From the NCBI RefSeq assembly GCF_006345805.1, contig NC_043000.1:148056001-148120000 (forward strand): DNA of 64,000 bases, in the 5' to 3' direction. Positions within the stretch are counted from its first letter, which is position 1. Every line of letters begins with the position of its first letter. This stretch comes from Octopus sinensis. Its lineage: Eukaryota. Positions 36,220 through 49,452 of the stretch are shown here, piece by piece. The position numbers and the translations under genes were made by a program. The notes beneath the pieces were generated by a model, which saw nothing but the letters and a program-made list of their open reading frames with translations, had not been told where the DNA came from and made no database searches.

Positions 36220-38785
36220 CATCATCATCATCATCATCATCGTTTAACGTCCGCTTTCCATGCTAGCATGGGTTGGACGGTTCAACTGGGGTCTGGCAAG
36301 CCCGAAGGCTGCACCAGGCCAGTCAGATCTGGCAGTGTTTCTACAGCTGGATGCCCTTCCTAACGCCAACCACTCCAAGAGTGTAGTGGGTGATTTTATG
36401 TGCCACCGACACAGGTGCCAGACGAGGCTGGCAGACGGCCACGCTCGGATGGTGTTTTTTATGTGCCACCGACACAGGTGCCAGACGAGGCTGGCTGACG
36501 GCCACGCTCGGATGGTGTTTTCTTATGTGTCACCGACACAGGTGCCAGACGAGGCTGGCGGACGGCCACGCTCGGATGGTGTTTGTTACGTGCCCTCAGC
36601 ATGGAGGCCAGTCGTTGCGGTACTGGCTACGGTCACATTCGGGTGGGTTTTCTTATGTGCCACAAGGGTACAAATTCCATTGATGTACATCTATTTTGAT
36701 TTGGTTCGATTTGATTTGATTCGGTTCTCACTTGCCTCAACAGGTCTTCAACAAGTGTCACAAGAAGGAAGGTATGCACAGGTGGACTGACTACGTCCCA
36801 GGTAGGGGCCACGGATTATGGTTTCACTAGTCTTGCCGGGTCTTCTCACGCACAGCATACTTCCATAGGTCTCGGTCTCTAGTCATTTCCATGGTGAGAC
36901 CTAACGTCCGAAGGTCGTGCTTCACCACCTCGTCCCAGGTTTTCCTGGGTCTACCTCTTCCACGGGTTCCCTCAACTGCTAGGGATTGGCACTTTCTCAC
37001 ACACCTATCTTCATCCATTCTCGCCACATGACCATACCAGCGCAATCGTCTCTCTTGCACACCACAACTGATGCTTCTTAGGTACAACATTTCTCTCAAG
37101 GTACTAACGCTCTGTCGAGTAAGTACACTGACATTACACATCCATCGGAGCATACTGGCTTCGTTCCTCGCGAGCTTACGCATGTCCTCAGCAGTCACGG
37201 CCCATGTTTCACTGCCATGTAGCATAGCTGTTCGTACACATGCATCATACAGTCTGCCTTTTACTCTGAGCGAGAGGCCTTTAGTCACCAGCAGAGGTAA
37301 GAGCTCCCTAAACTTTGCCCAGGCTATTCTTATTCTAGCAGTTACACTTTCAGCACACCCACCCCCACTACTGACTTGGTCACCTAGATAGCGGAAGCTA
37401 TCAACTACTTCTAGTTTTTCCCCCCGGAAAGTGACGGAAGTTGTTTTCTGCAGATTTTCGGAGGTCAATGCTCCAGAGCATCTGCCACATACAAAAACTA
37501 TCTTCCCAGTTAGCCTACCTTTGACATTGCTGCACCTCTTATGTGTCCATAGCTTACACTGGGTACATCTTATAGAGTTTCTACCCACACCCTTTCTACA
37601 GATCGAGCAGGGCCATCTTCCTGAGGATATTTGTGGATTGTCTACCTTTCTACTTATTAGTACTTTGGTTTTAGCTAGGTTGACTCTAAGGCCCCTCGAT
37701 TCTAAACCCTCCTTCCACACCTGGAACTTCTCCTCCAGTTCTGATAGTGACTCAGCAATTAGAGCGAGGTCGTCAGCATAGAGGAGCTCCCAGGGGCAAC
37801 CTGTCTTGAATTCCTCCACAATTGCCTGGAGGACTATGATAAATAGGAGGGGGCTGAGTACTGAACCCTGGTGGACCCCAACCTCTACTTTGAATTCTTC
37901 TGTGTACATGTTGCCAACTCTAACCTACTTACGGCATCTCTGTACATGGCTTGCACAGCCCTCACCAGCCATTCATCTATCCCTAGTTTCCTCATTGACC
38001 ACCAGATGAGGGATCGGGGGACCCTATCAAAAGCTTTCTCCATGTCAACGAAAGCCAGGTACAGGGGCTTATCTTTGGCTAGGTATTTCTCCTGCAGCTG
38101 CCTTACCAGGAATATAGCATCAGTGGTGCTTTTCCCTGGGACAAACCCAAACTGCATCTCATCTAAACTAACTCTCTCTCTAATTAGTTGGGCTATGACC
38201 CTTTCCGTAACCTTCATTACCTGATCCAACAGCTTGATACCTCTGTAATTATTTGTATCTAGGGCATCACCTTTACCTTTGTAGCAGTTGACTAGTATGC
38301 TGCTACACCAGTCATTGGGTATGACTCCTTCGTGTATCACCTGGTTGACTATACGGGTGACTAGGTTATAGCCGACACTGCCAGATATTTTGAGCATCTC
38401 TGCAGTAATTCCTGATGGGCCTGGGGCTTTCCCTGTCTTCATGCTTCTAATTGCCTTAGCTACCACGGAACTATCAACTCGGATAGCTGGTCCCTCTGTT
38501 GGGTCAACATTCGGCAGACTCTCTTTATCCCACTCATTTTCTTTATTCAGCAACCTTTCATAGTGGCATCTCCAAACCTCTCTCTTTGCATCCTCATTTA
38601 GCGCAAGTGAACCATCATCCATGCGAACACACTTCTCTCCTACCACGTCACGATTCTCTCTCACACATTGTCTTGCAACACGAAATACCTCAAGTCTTTC
38701 ATCCTCACGGCTCAGAACATTGGCAAATTTTTTCTTATCCGCTTCCCCTCTGGCTAAATATACCTGTCTCCTAGCTTCCCTTTTG
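36220..38785 (-). mobile_element. RTE-clade LINE, 5'-truncated and relatively young
   Basis: RT ORF remains nearly intact, followed by a 3' UTR with ~52-bp repeats and a (GAT)n tail. Confidence 0.95.
36827..38785 (-). pseudogene. RTE reverse transcriptase (frameshift near 37920; endonuclease domain missing)
   Basis: KAPGPSG, NYRGIKLL, QFGFVPGKSTTDAIF, FVDMEKAFDRVP, GVHQGSVLSPLLF, LLYADD, FRYLG, HGSETW, RLRWYGHV and GRPRKTW. Confidence 0.95.
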
Positions 38786-39035
38786 GCCAGTGTATATTAT
38801 TTAGCTATGTGGTAAATTAAAAATATGAGTATATGATTTGATTTATATTATTTTCGTTCGGAAGTATAAAAGCTAATTCTAAAGGTGTTTTACTGTATTT
38901 TTAGAATATTGATTAGTGAGGTGAGCATAACTTTTTAGTAAATATATGATCTGAAGTAATATATTTATAGGGTATAGAGTAAAAGAAAACTTAGAAATTT
39001 GAATAAATTTGGGTCTTTTTGAAGACATTTTATTA

Positions 39036-39435
39036 GGTGCAGGAGTGGCTGTGTGGTAAGTAGCTTGCTAACTAACCACATGGTTCCGGGTTCAGTCCCA
39101 CTGCATGGCATCTTGGGCAAGTGTCTTCTGCTATAGCCCCGGGCCGACCAATGCCTTGTGAGTGGATTTGGTAGACGGAAACTGAAAGAAGCCTGTCGTA
39201 TATATGTATATATATATATATATATGTGTGTGGTTGTGTGTCTGTGTTTGTCCCCCTAGCATTGCTTGACAACCGATGCTGGTATGTTTACGTCCCTGTC
39301 ACTTAGCGGTTCGGTAAAAGAGACCGATAGAATAAGTACTGGGCTTACAAAGAATAAGTCCCGGGGTCGATTTGCTCGACTAAAGGCGGTGCTCCAGCAT
39401 GGCCGCAGTCAAATGACTGAAACAAGTAAAAGAGT
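39036..39435 (+). mobile_element. SINE family A
   Basis: Full-length copy. Confidence 0.9.
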
Positions 39436-40403
39436 AGAATATATTTCCAATGTTTCTCTGCTACTACCATAGTCTCTCCTTTCCTAAATATATCTCCCAC
39501 TTACTAGCCATCTCTTCTATTTATTTACTTTCCACCAGCTGTGCTATGACCCTCGTATTATAATTGAAGCTACAGATGTTAAGTCTAGACTAGTAATTTC
39601 CAAACATTTTCAGTCCACTGCTTCCATGGTTTTTCACCTACTCTTTTGATGGCCTCTACCCATAGTGTCATGCGGAAGAATAGGTCATGCAACTCAGCAA
39701 AATAGAATGACAGAACAAGTTCTAGAGGACTAACAATAAAACCAACAACTCTTTAAAGTAAGCCCATCTTCTATGTAGGAGCAACACACACACACAACAC
39801 ACACACACACACACACACACACACTGGGAACCAGTGATTTGGAATGTGTAAGTAAATGGGTTTATTGTGATAATGATGACAAAACAACATCCATTGCTTT
39901 AATGTTCCTATGACCGTTCATAGCTTATTTTATTTTCTCTCAGCTCTGTGTATCTGTATTTTGATCTTTCATCATGAATAGATTTGTTACCACTGGCTTT
40001 CTGTTATGGGAAGAATCTAGAACAAGTAATTCCCATGTTGCACGAAATTTCATATCTTTCTTGCATTTAACATAAACACTGGATGTAAATGAATACTTTA
40101 TTTTTATATACTGACTACCTCCCAATATATGCACACATACTCATATACATTCATACACAGAGGTTCTTGTACATATACACAGAGATATGGGAGAAAAGAT
40201 TATAAAATGAATGTTGATATAAAATCAAAATTGTTTAAGATCTGTTCTTAATTGCAAATCTGTAACATTTTTGGTAGTTCTTAATACTGAAACTGGTTTA
40301 GTTTCTATCTAGATTTCTTCTTATATGAAAGAAATTATTTGTAAATTCTAGAATAATCTATGAGCTTTTGAACAACCCTTTTCACACATGATCTTATATA
40401 TAT

Positions 40404-40449
<46 letters not shown>

Positions 40450-40846
40450 TTGGTTGAATTAAATTTTTTTTTATTGAAATGGAGAACTGTCTACAACCAT
40501 TTATTGGCCCTATGAGATTAAGATATTGAAATAACTGCAAAATTAGTGCAGCTCATGTTTGGTTTTCAATTATTGCCTGCTTGTATGGGAGTGGAGGAAT
40601 TCTAGTGTGTTTGTATGACTTCAAGAGGAGAATATACACTGTGACTGAGAAGCTAACAGACACCATGAGACACAGTGAGAGTAATGGGTAGAATTTAGGT
40701 GAAAGCATTGAAATGATATTTGATTGATTTTAGTTTCAGTTCATGAGCTGTGGCCATGCTGGGGCACCACCATTTAAGTATGTGTATGTAAAATCATTCA
40801 TTGATTTTGGTATATGAGCATCCAACTGCTAGATGAACTTGATAAC

Positions 40847-41069
40847 TGTTGTGTGGACATCCCCAGACTATGAAGTAGGCTAGCCCAATACATAGATACA
40901 GAGGGAGAAGTCTAGACGTCGGAGTTGAGTAGAGGTCATCCAAACGTGCAATATAACAGTGGCGACGAGGATGAGATGCTCACACAGCCACAGTGTAGTA
41001 TTGCGATATAACAGTGGTGATGAGGATTTCGTAGCTCACACAGCCACTGTGTAGTATTGCGATATAACA
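40847..41069 (+). mobile_element. Tiny LTR-type element or solo LTR with two internal tRNA-Ser PBS copies
   Basis: TGTT...AACA ends, 5-bp TSD ATAAC, TGGCGACGAGGATGAGAT at 40960 and TGGTGATGAGGAT at 41015. Confidence 0.75.
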
Positions 41070-42159
41070 ATAACCTACTCATTGAATTAACGTGCAAAGT
41101 GACTGAGTATTTCACAAACGTGATTCAAGGAGAATCAGTGGGACACGTGTAATAAAGCTGGACTTTTGAATTACTAGTACATTCCATCTGATGGGCTTGT
41201 GTACAGTTTCCCCTATACTCAGCACCATTCACAAGGCTCAGGTTGGTATGAAGTTATGGTAAAAACACTTGCCCAAGATGCCATGCACACACAAACACAC
41301 ACACAGCGCAGGTGTATTGAATGGCTATGAAAGGCATTCTCATAGCTTTTCTAACATGCATTTTATTTTTTCAAAGTGGAGCACTGTCTGAAGCTTCAAG
41401 ACTCACCTCTCTTTAAGGAACAAGGTATAGAAACTAATCTTAATTGATAAATTTTGATAAATTGTTTTCTTTACTTTTGTCAAGGCTAATCATCACTAGC
41501 TTCCTCAGACTTTGCCTTTTCTCTTTAAAAATTAGAATACCTTGGCATATCTAGTTTCATACTCTTGCACACACACACACACACAAACACACTCCCTCTC
41601 TCTCTTTCACACACAATGAATACATGTGCAAATACACACATAAAATATTGTCAGGCTGCCTTAAATATCCATAACAATAGAACTTCTTCACCTGCACTCA
41701 TCAAATAGTGACCTTTAATACCTTCCTACATTTTCAGCTTACTTGCACTTGGCCTTTTATGTAACTTAATGGTGCACATCCAACAGATCATATTCATCTC
41801 ACTTCTTTTCAACCTCTTAGTTCTTTCGTACCCAAAGTCCATATCTCACTACCATCTAGTGTTAAACATCTTATACATCACACAGTCTTTCTAAACACAA
41901 AAATGTCTTTCCTGGAGAAACAGAGCAATGTTGTTATTTTGTTCCTGGTCAGCCTTGATTGAGCAGATTGTAACCATGTAAGTTGTCAGTCAAAAACCTA
42001 GATGCATTCAACAGATGCATTGCTTCAAACATACTTACTATTTTGAAAATCGTGGGGTGCAAATAGTAGTTCAGACGTTTTTTTTCCCCCCCTCCTTTCT
42101 AACATTCAATCTTACATGCCTGTTGTTGTTTAACTCTCAATCCCAAGTAACCTCTAGAC

Positions 42160-42357
42160 CAGTGCTTTTCAAACTTTTTGCTGGAGCGGAACCCCAAGGA
42201 AACATTCCACTGGTTCGGGGAACCCCTGTGCAATAATTTAATAGTCTTATGCACACATATCTGCACAGGAAAATTAAAAATTACTGCCGATTTTAGCAGT
42301 TTAACTTCTTGCGGAACCCCTGGACTGTACTGGCGGAACCCTGGTTGAAAACTACTG
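42160..42357. mobile_element. hAT (Charlie-like) MITE
   Basis: 8-bp TSD CTCTAGAC; TIRs CAGTGCTTTTCAA / TTGAAAACTACTG; internal GGAACCC repeats. Confidence 0.9.
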
Positions 42358-42798
42358 CTCTAGACAGGTTGACTCATGGCCACATGCATCCAAAATTTCA
42401 TCATTCAAAGTATTATTCTTAAGGAAGATTTGATTGCTATTTCCTGGAGGTTTTGCTATTTCTGTCTAGAGGCTGTCTTGGCTCATGGTGATCATAGCAG
42501 AGATAGGCAACAAGGATTTGGTTGTTGCATTACAGTTGTTGCTCTTCTATACATATCATTAGCAGTGTTCAATCTAGCGTGGTATTTAGAACTAATGTGG
42601 TTACGGCTGCTACTGCTGTGGGGTTTTTTTTTGTTTGTTTGAGTGTTTGTTTATGTTAACCTGGATTGAGTGGGAGGCATGTTGTTGTAGCAGTGTTATG
42701 GATATTTAGTGAGCAATTGTACATGTAATAGGGATTGTGTGGGAACTTGGTGTTGTTTAACCTTCCAGACTGCCCTGTCCAAGCTAATCCATGATTAA

Positions 42799-43018
42799 CC
42801 CTTTCGTTACCAACCCGGCTGAAACCGGCTCTGGCTCTGAGTACAAATGTCTTGTTTTTATAAGTTTTGAATTAAAATCTTCCACCAAACCTTAGTCACA
42901 ATATATGCTCCTAACACTAGCTTAATGATAACTAAGTTATTTTACTAAATTCTTTGTTATATTTAAAGTAATTGAAAGAAACACAGAGCATCTCAAAATA
43001 AATATGGTAATGAAAGGG
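42799..43018. mobile_element. piggyBac-type MITE, family 1
   Basis: TTAA TSD; TIR CCCTTTCGTTACCA / TGGTAATGAAAGGG. Confidence 0.88.
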
Positions 43019-43938
43019 TTAAGAGTGTTCCAACTGTCACTATGTAGTCTTTTTGTGTCTAGATATATTGCATTTAGGACTGTTATCCAATATGCCCTGA
43101 AGTGAATACTGGATAGAAGATACTCCATCTACTAAACACGGTATTATATTTGTTTTGATATGATTATGTTACCCTGGATATCACCCTTCTGTCAGTTTTG
43201 TGAAATATTTAAAAACAGATATTTTATTGTTTGCTATAAACCAATTGGGTTAGAATCTTTCAGTGTGTGTGTGTGTGTGTGTGTGTGTGAATAAATAAAA
43301 ATATGTTTATAAATAAACAGATGTTATTTAGATAATTCAAATTATTCATGCCTGTAAGGCCTAAACAGAAAGAAAATTACTAAAAGACTTGTTTGTCTGC
43401 GTGACTTATATCTCCGTGGGCATGGGAAGACACATCAATCTCATAGCATCAGTTTTATGCAGTTATTGTTGGGGTCACTGTTATGTTTACTGGCAGCTCT
43501 CATATGTAAACATAAACAGCATATGAAGAACTCTATATTTCTCTACTGCAAGCTTGTATAAAGCGTCTTCAGTTTTTGAGGGCATATGAAGGCCTCCAGT
43601 TCAAATTATATATATAATATGATATATTTATATTTCACTGTTCAATTTATACAGACCCTGCCAACCTGTCCAACAGTTAGTAAATACAACACCGTTTATG
43701 TTTCGAAAATAAGTTACCCAATCAAATTCAAATGCTAAATCATATATGTACTATCACATTTTTATTCCTGTTTTGATCACAACTCTCCGATGAATGGGAA
43801 ACTCTGAGTCACAGTTTTTTGTGATGTTTTTGCAGTTTTAATAATTGTATACTTTTTATTTATTATTTTGTACTTTACTTAATTATTGGTATATGTTTTA
43901 TCGTATATTTAATTTTCTATATGGTATAATTTAATTAT

Positions 43939-44241
43939 CACCATCACGTGACCGACCAGTCCATCAGATGTAGTTACACATCGCTGGTCACAATGCGTTC
44001 GCATTGTTTTAGCCTTCGAATGACGCCACCCCGCTGGCTAAGCGAGCAGGCCAACAGAAGAAAGAGTGGGAGAAAAAGTGGTGAAAGAGTACAGCAGGGA
44101 TCACCACCCCCTGCCGGAGCCTCGTGGAGCTTTTTTAGGTGTTTTCGCTCAATAAACACTCACAATGCCCGGCCTGGGAAACGAAACCGCGATCCTACGA
44201 CCGCGAGTCCGCTGCCCTAACCACTAGGCCATTGCGCCTCC
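43939..44241 (-). mobile_element. SINE with family-B head and a different 3' tail
   Basis: Head and body match family B up to CTCTTTCACCAC; the tail is unrelated; TSD ATAATTTAATTAT. Confidence 0.85.
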
Positions 44242-44313
44242 ATAATTTAATTATATCATTGTTATTTCATTGTTGAATTGCTAAACGGTGGTTCTTCTCT
44301 AATTTATATATAT

Positions 44314-44428
44314 ATCATCATCGTTTAATGTCCGCTTTCCATGCTGGTATGGGTTGGACGGTTCAACTGGGGTCTGGGGAGCCAGAAGGCTGCACCAGGC
44401 CCAGTCTGGTCTGGCAGTGTTTCTACAG
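44314..44428 (-). mobile_element. RTE 3' end fragment
   Basis: (CAT)n CGTTTAATGTCCGCTTTCCATGC... Confidence 0.8.
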
Positions 44429-44848
44429 TGAAATAGCACACTGAAACACACTGCATATGTATAAATGTGTGTGTGTGTAAGGTAGTTGGCCATATATGTA
44501 AGAGAGTGAAAGCAAGAGTCTATGTATCCAGATGTGTTAATCTGCAAAGAGAATGTTTGTGTGTTGCTGTTTAACCTAAAATCATCTCTGATTTAGCAGA
44601 TCTATGATCAAAGGTGTTCTAGTTCTGACTATCAATGACATTATGTAACGTGTCTTTTACCTTCACTTAAGATAGTAGGATATGGCCATGGTGATTTTGA
44701 TATTTCTGGCAGGTTGAGTGACCATGTAGAAGCTATCTTTGTGTGATATGCAGTTATTTTGCTCAATATGGAAAGTATTTAGGATTCAGCATACATCCAC
44801 ATGGAAAGTGGGGTATAAAGTCAATCAAAAGACAGCAACTACTCTTAA

Positions 44849-45063
44849 CCCTTTAGTGTTCAGATTATTCAATCAAACATAATGCCTATTGATTCCCATT
44901 TATTTGAATTAATCATGCATTATCTCATATCTTCAAGATCTTGATGGTGTAATTAATGTAGAATAACATTGCAGGGTAGGTGTGAGAGCCTGGATCTGGT
45001 CAGTTTGAACATAAAACAGATTCAATATTTTGGCCGGATATGGCCGGTTTAAATACTAAAGGG
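44849..45063. mobile_element. piggyBac-type MITE, family 2 (opposite orientation)
   Basis: TTAA TSD and CCCTTTAGT TIRs. Confidence 0.88.
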
Positions 45064-45681
45064 TTAAAGGTAACAGTTTGAAAGGTAAATGGTGTTTGTT
45101 AAAAAGACAGCCATCCGGTGAAAGTAGTTATCAGTTTCCATGATGTTTGTCTGTTTTCACTTGTGTTGGTGGCATCTTGGCTAGAGTGCTGCGAGATTAA
45201 TTTGTATCTTTGTTATAAACTGTTATCTGTTTTGGGTAAAGTACTGAACTTATTTGGAGGTATTAGGATAGTTTGAATAGGGGTGAAAGAGAAAAGGGTA
45301 TTTGAGTTGTAGCTATTGTTGTTATTTAGCCTATGATCAAGTGTTGATCATAGGCTAAATAGCAACAAAGGCATTCACCAACCATAACTACCCTGTCCCC
45401 ACCACCCTTTTATTGTTTCAAGCTCTGTGTATTTCAGATTATATCAGTTAATGCATTCTTCTTTCCTTTAGTTTGGTATGATTTGAGAGAGACCTATGTG
45501 CTGTTTCTCAGGGACTGATTAGAAGCTCCATTGTTGATTTGCTTTAGTGCTCTATATATAGTACCACATGTAAATTCTCTTCAATAACAGTGACCTATGT
45601 ATACGTTTTTCCTGAAATTGCTTGTTTAATCTCTCTCTCTCTCTCTCTCTCTTTATACATACATATCCATATATGTACATA

Positions 45682-46069
45682 GTGGAGGCGCAATGGCCCA
45701 GTGGTTAGGGCAGCGGACTCGCGGTCATAGGATCGCGGTTTCGATTCCCAGACCGGGTGTTGTGAGTGTTTATTGAGCGAAAACACCTAAAAGCTCCACG
45801 AGGCTCCGGCAGGGGATGGTGGTGATCCCTGCTGTACTCTTTCACCACAACTTTCTCTCACTCTTACTTCCTGTTTCTGTTGTACCTGTATTTCAAGGGG
45901 CCGGCCTTGTCACTCTCTGTGTCACGCTGAATATCCCCGAGAACTACGTTAAGGGTGCACGTGTCTGTGGAGCGCTCAGCCGCTTACACGTTAATTTCAC
46001 GAGCAGGCTGTTACGTTGATTCGGATCAACCGGAACCCTCATCGTCGTAACCGATGGAGTGCTTCCATC
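45682..46069 (+). mobile_element. SINE family B
   Basis: Full copy; TSD ATATGTACATA. Confidence 0.92.
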
Positions 46070-48076
46070 ATATGTACATAATCATATACATAAGAATACA
46101 TATACACCAGTGATATGGGCTTTAGTATGGAAATTTGAGCATGTTTCTTTCAGTTTGTTGCTTGTCCTATTTTCATATTTCTGTAAGTCTGAGTAAAGAT
46201 TACAGCTGAAGTGAGTAACATGAAATGAATTGATGTGTCATGGTCTTAATTTCTTGGCATTTATCACAAACAGAAGCGTAAATCCAGCTTCGAATATGGA
46301 TCAAGGAAGGGAATCAATTCAGTGATATTGTGAACTTTCAGTTGCCTAGAAGAGGAAAAAATCCAAGTAAGAAATAAATTAGTTAGGAATGAGATAAATC
46401 TTGGAGTAACTCAAAAGAAGTGATTGGAAATAAAGCCATCTGTCATCCAAGGGACCACTTTCCTGCCGTAAACTGCAGGAGTAACTCTTTATCTCTAAAG
46501 CAGGGTCATTCTGGAATTTTATTTCTATTTTTGTATTCATGTCAGCTCTTACCTACCAACACTATAGACTACACTACTGTTATCTCATCCAATACACACA
46601 CACACACACACACCTCTATATAGATAAAAAAAAAAGCTTTGTGAGCAATATATATATATAGATATTGTTATTTCTAATTTGTTTAATGATTTAAAAAAAG
46701 AATATTTAATTTTATTTAGCCTTCATCATATTTTTACTTTTAATGTATTTAGCCAGAAAATAGATATCAACATTACTTTATAGTAATAGAATGCTTATTA
46801 TTAGAATTAGCTTTTATACACACAGCTTGTTCCACAAGTTTCTTAAGTTGCAAGCATCATTACATCCAAATAGTAAGTCCTGTGTGTTATTGTGGTGTGT
46901 TTGGAAGTGTTGCTGATATGCTTAGGTATTTGTGTGTGACCAGTCTTATGTATTTGTCAGAATTGGAGAGATTCTTGTAGATTGACGCATCATGATAATT
47001 AGTGCACCAGTTAACACTGCCTCAGTACACTAGCAAATTAATTAGCCTTTTCTGTTCTCTGAAAACTAATCAGCCATTTCAACATAGGTGTGATTTCTAC
47101 TTAAAAGCAAATATTTATTGTTTTCATGCTAGCCATGAATAAGGACTAAATAGAAACAAGTAGGAAAGATTCATTTCCTTTTGGTTTTTTTTTTGTAATT
47201 ATCTGTTCTGCTTCAACAATTATAGTTACCCTCGTTTTCTTCCTATGCAATCACATTTAATTACTTACAACAGTGACTAGTATGGTATAGTGATTTGACT
47301 TAAGTGTTTAGTGGAAAAGATAGTCATAGAGAATTGTGCATAGGAGTTGAGTAAAAAAATTTTGATATCAAACTTTTCGTCCAACTAGAAAGAAAACTGA
47401 AGAGGTAAAAAGGCAGATTTTATAGTTTTTGGTAGCAAAGGGGCTTCTTTATATGTATAAAAGGTAAATTATATGAAGCATATATATATATAATTTACTT
47501 TTATACATAAGAATACATAGGAAGAATGATATTATATGGTAGTGAAATGCAGACAGTAAAATGATCCGTGGCAATTGGAGAAAGAATGGTTTATTGGTTG
47601 AGAATTATTAATTGAAGAGCAGCCAAAAAAGGTTTTATACACACACATACACACACTTTTTTTTTCTTTTGACAAAGTAATCAACTTTCTAAAACTGACT
47701 CAATGATGAATTTAATCAAACTCAAATTGCCAGATACAATAAAATAAACAATCATATTTCATTGTTAAGCTTTGCAATTATGCTGTTTGGCAGATTATCA
47801 TTCTAATTTCAAATCTATGTCTAATGTGAAGTTAGTCCCGTAAAGTCAATAATACTGTTGCCTGAAATACACTAGTATAAAGGTTAAAATAGAAATCCTA
47901 TCTTTTGTGTAGATCATTTTTGTCTGGTTACTGCACATGAAGGCATTGCTTCAACATGGTCTTTGCTATGATGGCTAGAACAAACTAAATAACTTTATTG
48001 TAATTGAATGGTACCATCCAATAACAACACTTTAAAATAGTTCATTGCTTGTAATTATTTTATCAACACCAGAAAT

Positions 48077-48290
48077 ATTGGTTTCAAACTTTGGCACAAA
48101 GCCAGAAATTTCAGAGGAAGGGATAAGTTGACTCCATTGGTTCCAGTGCTCTTCTGGTACTTACTTTATCGACCCTGAAAGGATGAAAAGCAATTCAACT
48201 TCGGTGGAATTATCTCAGAACATAAAAACAAACGAAATGCTGCTAGGTGTTTTGCCCAGCATGCTAATGATGCTGCTAGCTTGCCATCTA
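48077..48290 (-). mobile_element. Older Meta-like SINE
   Basis: CTGGTACTTACTTTATCGACCCTGAAAGGATGAAAAGC; TSD CCAGAAATATT. Confidence 0.7.
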
Positions 48291-49055
48291 TCCAGAAATA
48301 TTAACAACAAAGTTGATTCTAACAAGATTTCAACTTAGTCGGGTAATAACCTCATTACAGTATTATCTAAATTTCATATCTTGCCTCTGTCACCTTTAGC
48401 TTTTGTCCTTCTGAAGTTGCCATTCTAGAGGTTTGATTCAATCAATTATATGCCTGTGGCTTTGGCATAAGAATTTAACATTTCAAAATGATATAAACTT
48501 TATAATTTTGTTATTTTCCATTTAGCAATTGAATACAAGTGGTTAGCATTAGGGCAAGTATAATACTTGAATTCTTTGTGTTAGTTTCACCAATGACTCT
48601 GTAAATTGTTGATTTTCTGAATTAAAAGTTTTAGGAACCTACAGGATTGCTTTTAGCTTTCTTCTGCAACATTTTTTTGTTGTTGTTGCTCTATGTCAGG
48701 TCAAGCCTCTGATCAAAGGTCATTTAAGTTATGACAATTGCCTTTTCTATTATTTTTTTTTTTTTTCAGTGAGTCTCAGAATGCATTATCTTATGTGTTC
48801 ATGCTCTTTCAAGATAATAATGTTTGATTTTTGAAGGAGATTTGAATATCATTTCTAGCAAGTTAAATAGAGACTCCTTCAAACTACTTTGTAATGTTGT
48901 ATCAAATATTATCACAATTTGGTATCCTAAATTTTTAAAATATTCATACCAGCAAATTTGCTTACTCACTGTAAACTAAGAAGCATTTTTTGTATGACTA
49001 CACTGCATCACGGCAATGGAATTAAATGAACTCTAAGAAAGGTTTTTATAAGATA

Positions 49056-49452
49056 CTAGCAGTATCGTCCAGCTTTGCTCGGTTTTGTAAGGGAAATAAC
49101 TATATAAGCATTTTTAGAGAGTTATAACCAAAAAATAGTAAAAAAATGTATTAAAAATGGAAAAAAAATTATGGTAAATTTTTTTTTAAATCGTTGACTC
49201 ATCGTAGACATTTTTAGAGAGTTACTTCCATTATATAATTGCGAAAAAATGCATTAAATGGAAAAAAATGATGGTAAATTTTTTTTTAAATCGTAGACTC
49301 ATCATAGACGCGTGCTAATACCCAGACGGGCTCGATATGAATCATGACTATAAGATACCCGGTTTTGGTTAAACTGCACCGCAAAATGTGGGAGTAGTTA
49401 GGAATCTAAATCATAGGAGACAGACACACAACTTCACTTTCATATATAAAGA
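49056..49452 (-). mobile_element. Non-autonomous Helitron
   Basis: Minus strand starts A|TCTTTATATATG..GTGTGTCTGTC and ends with a subterminal hairpin plus CTAG|T. No TSD; internal ~100-bp duplication. Confidence 0.8.

Noticed and set aside
36395-36600. Regularly spaced ~52-bp repeats resembling a CRISPR array (also 29748 and 60441)
   Set aside because: Eukaryotic context, no unique spacers and no cas genes; these are tandem units in a LINE UTR or minisatellites.
43775-43826. CCGATGAATGGGAAACTCTGAGTC flanked by ATCACAA/TTGTGAT, hammerhead-like
   Set aside because: Stem II is missing and the core is altered; at most a deleted relic, which I cannot support.
46200-46380. Candidate upstream exon ending in a GTAAG donor-like site
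   Set aside because: No open frame resembling the amphiphysin N-terminal helix; in-frame stops.
47452-47509. AT-rich imperfect palindrome
   Set aside because: Low complexity and centred on (TA)n; expected by chance or slippage.
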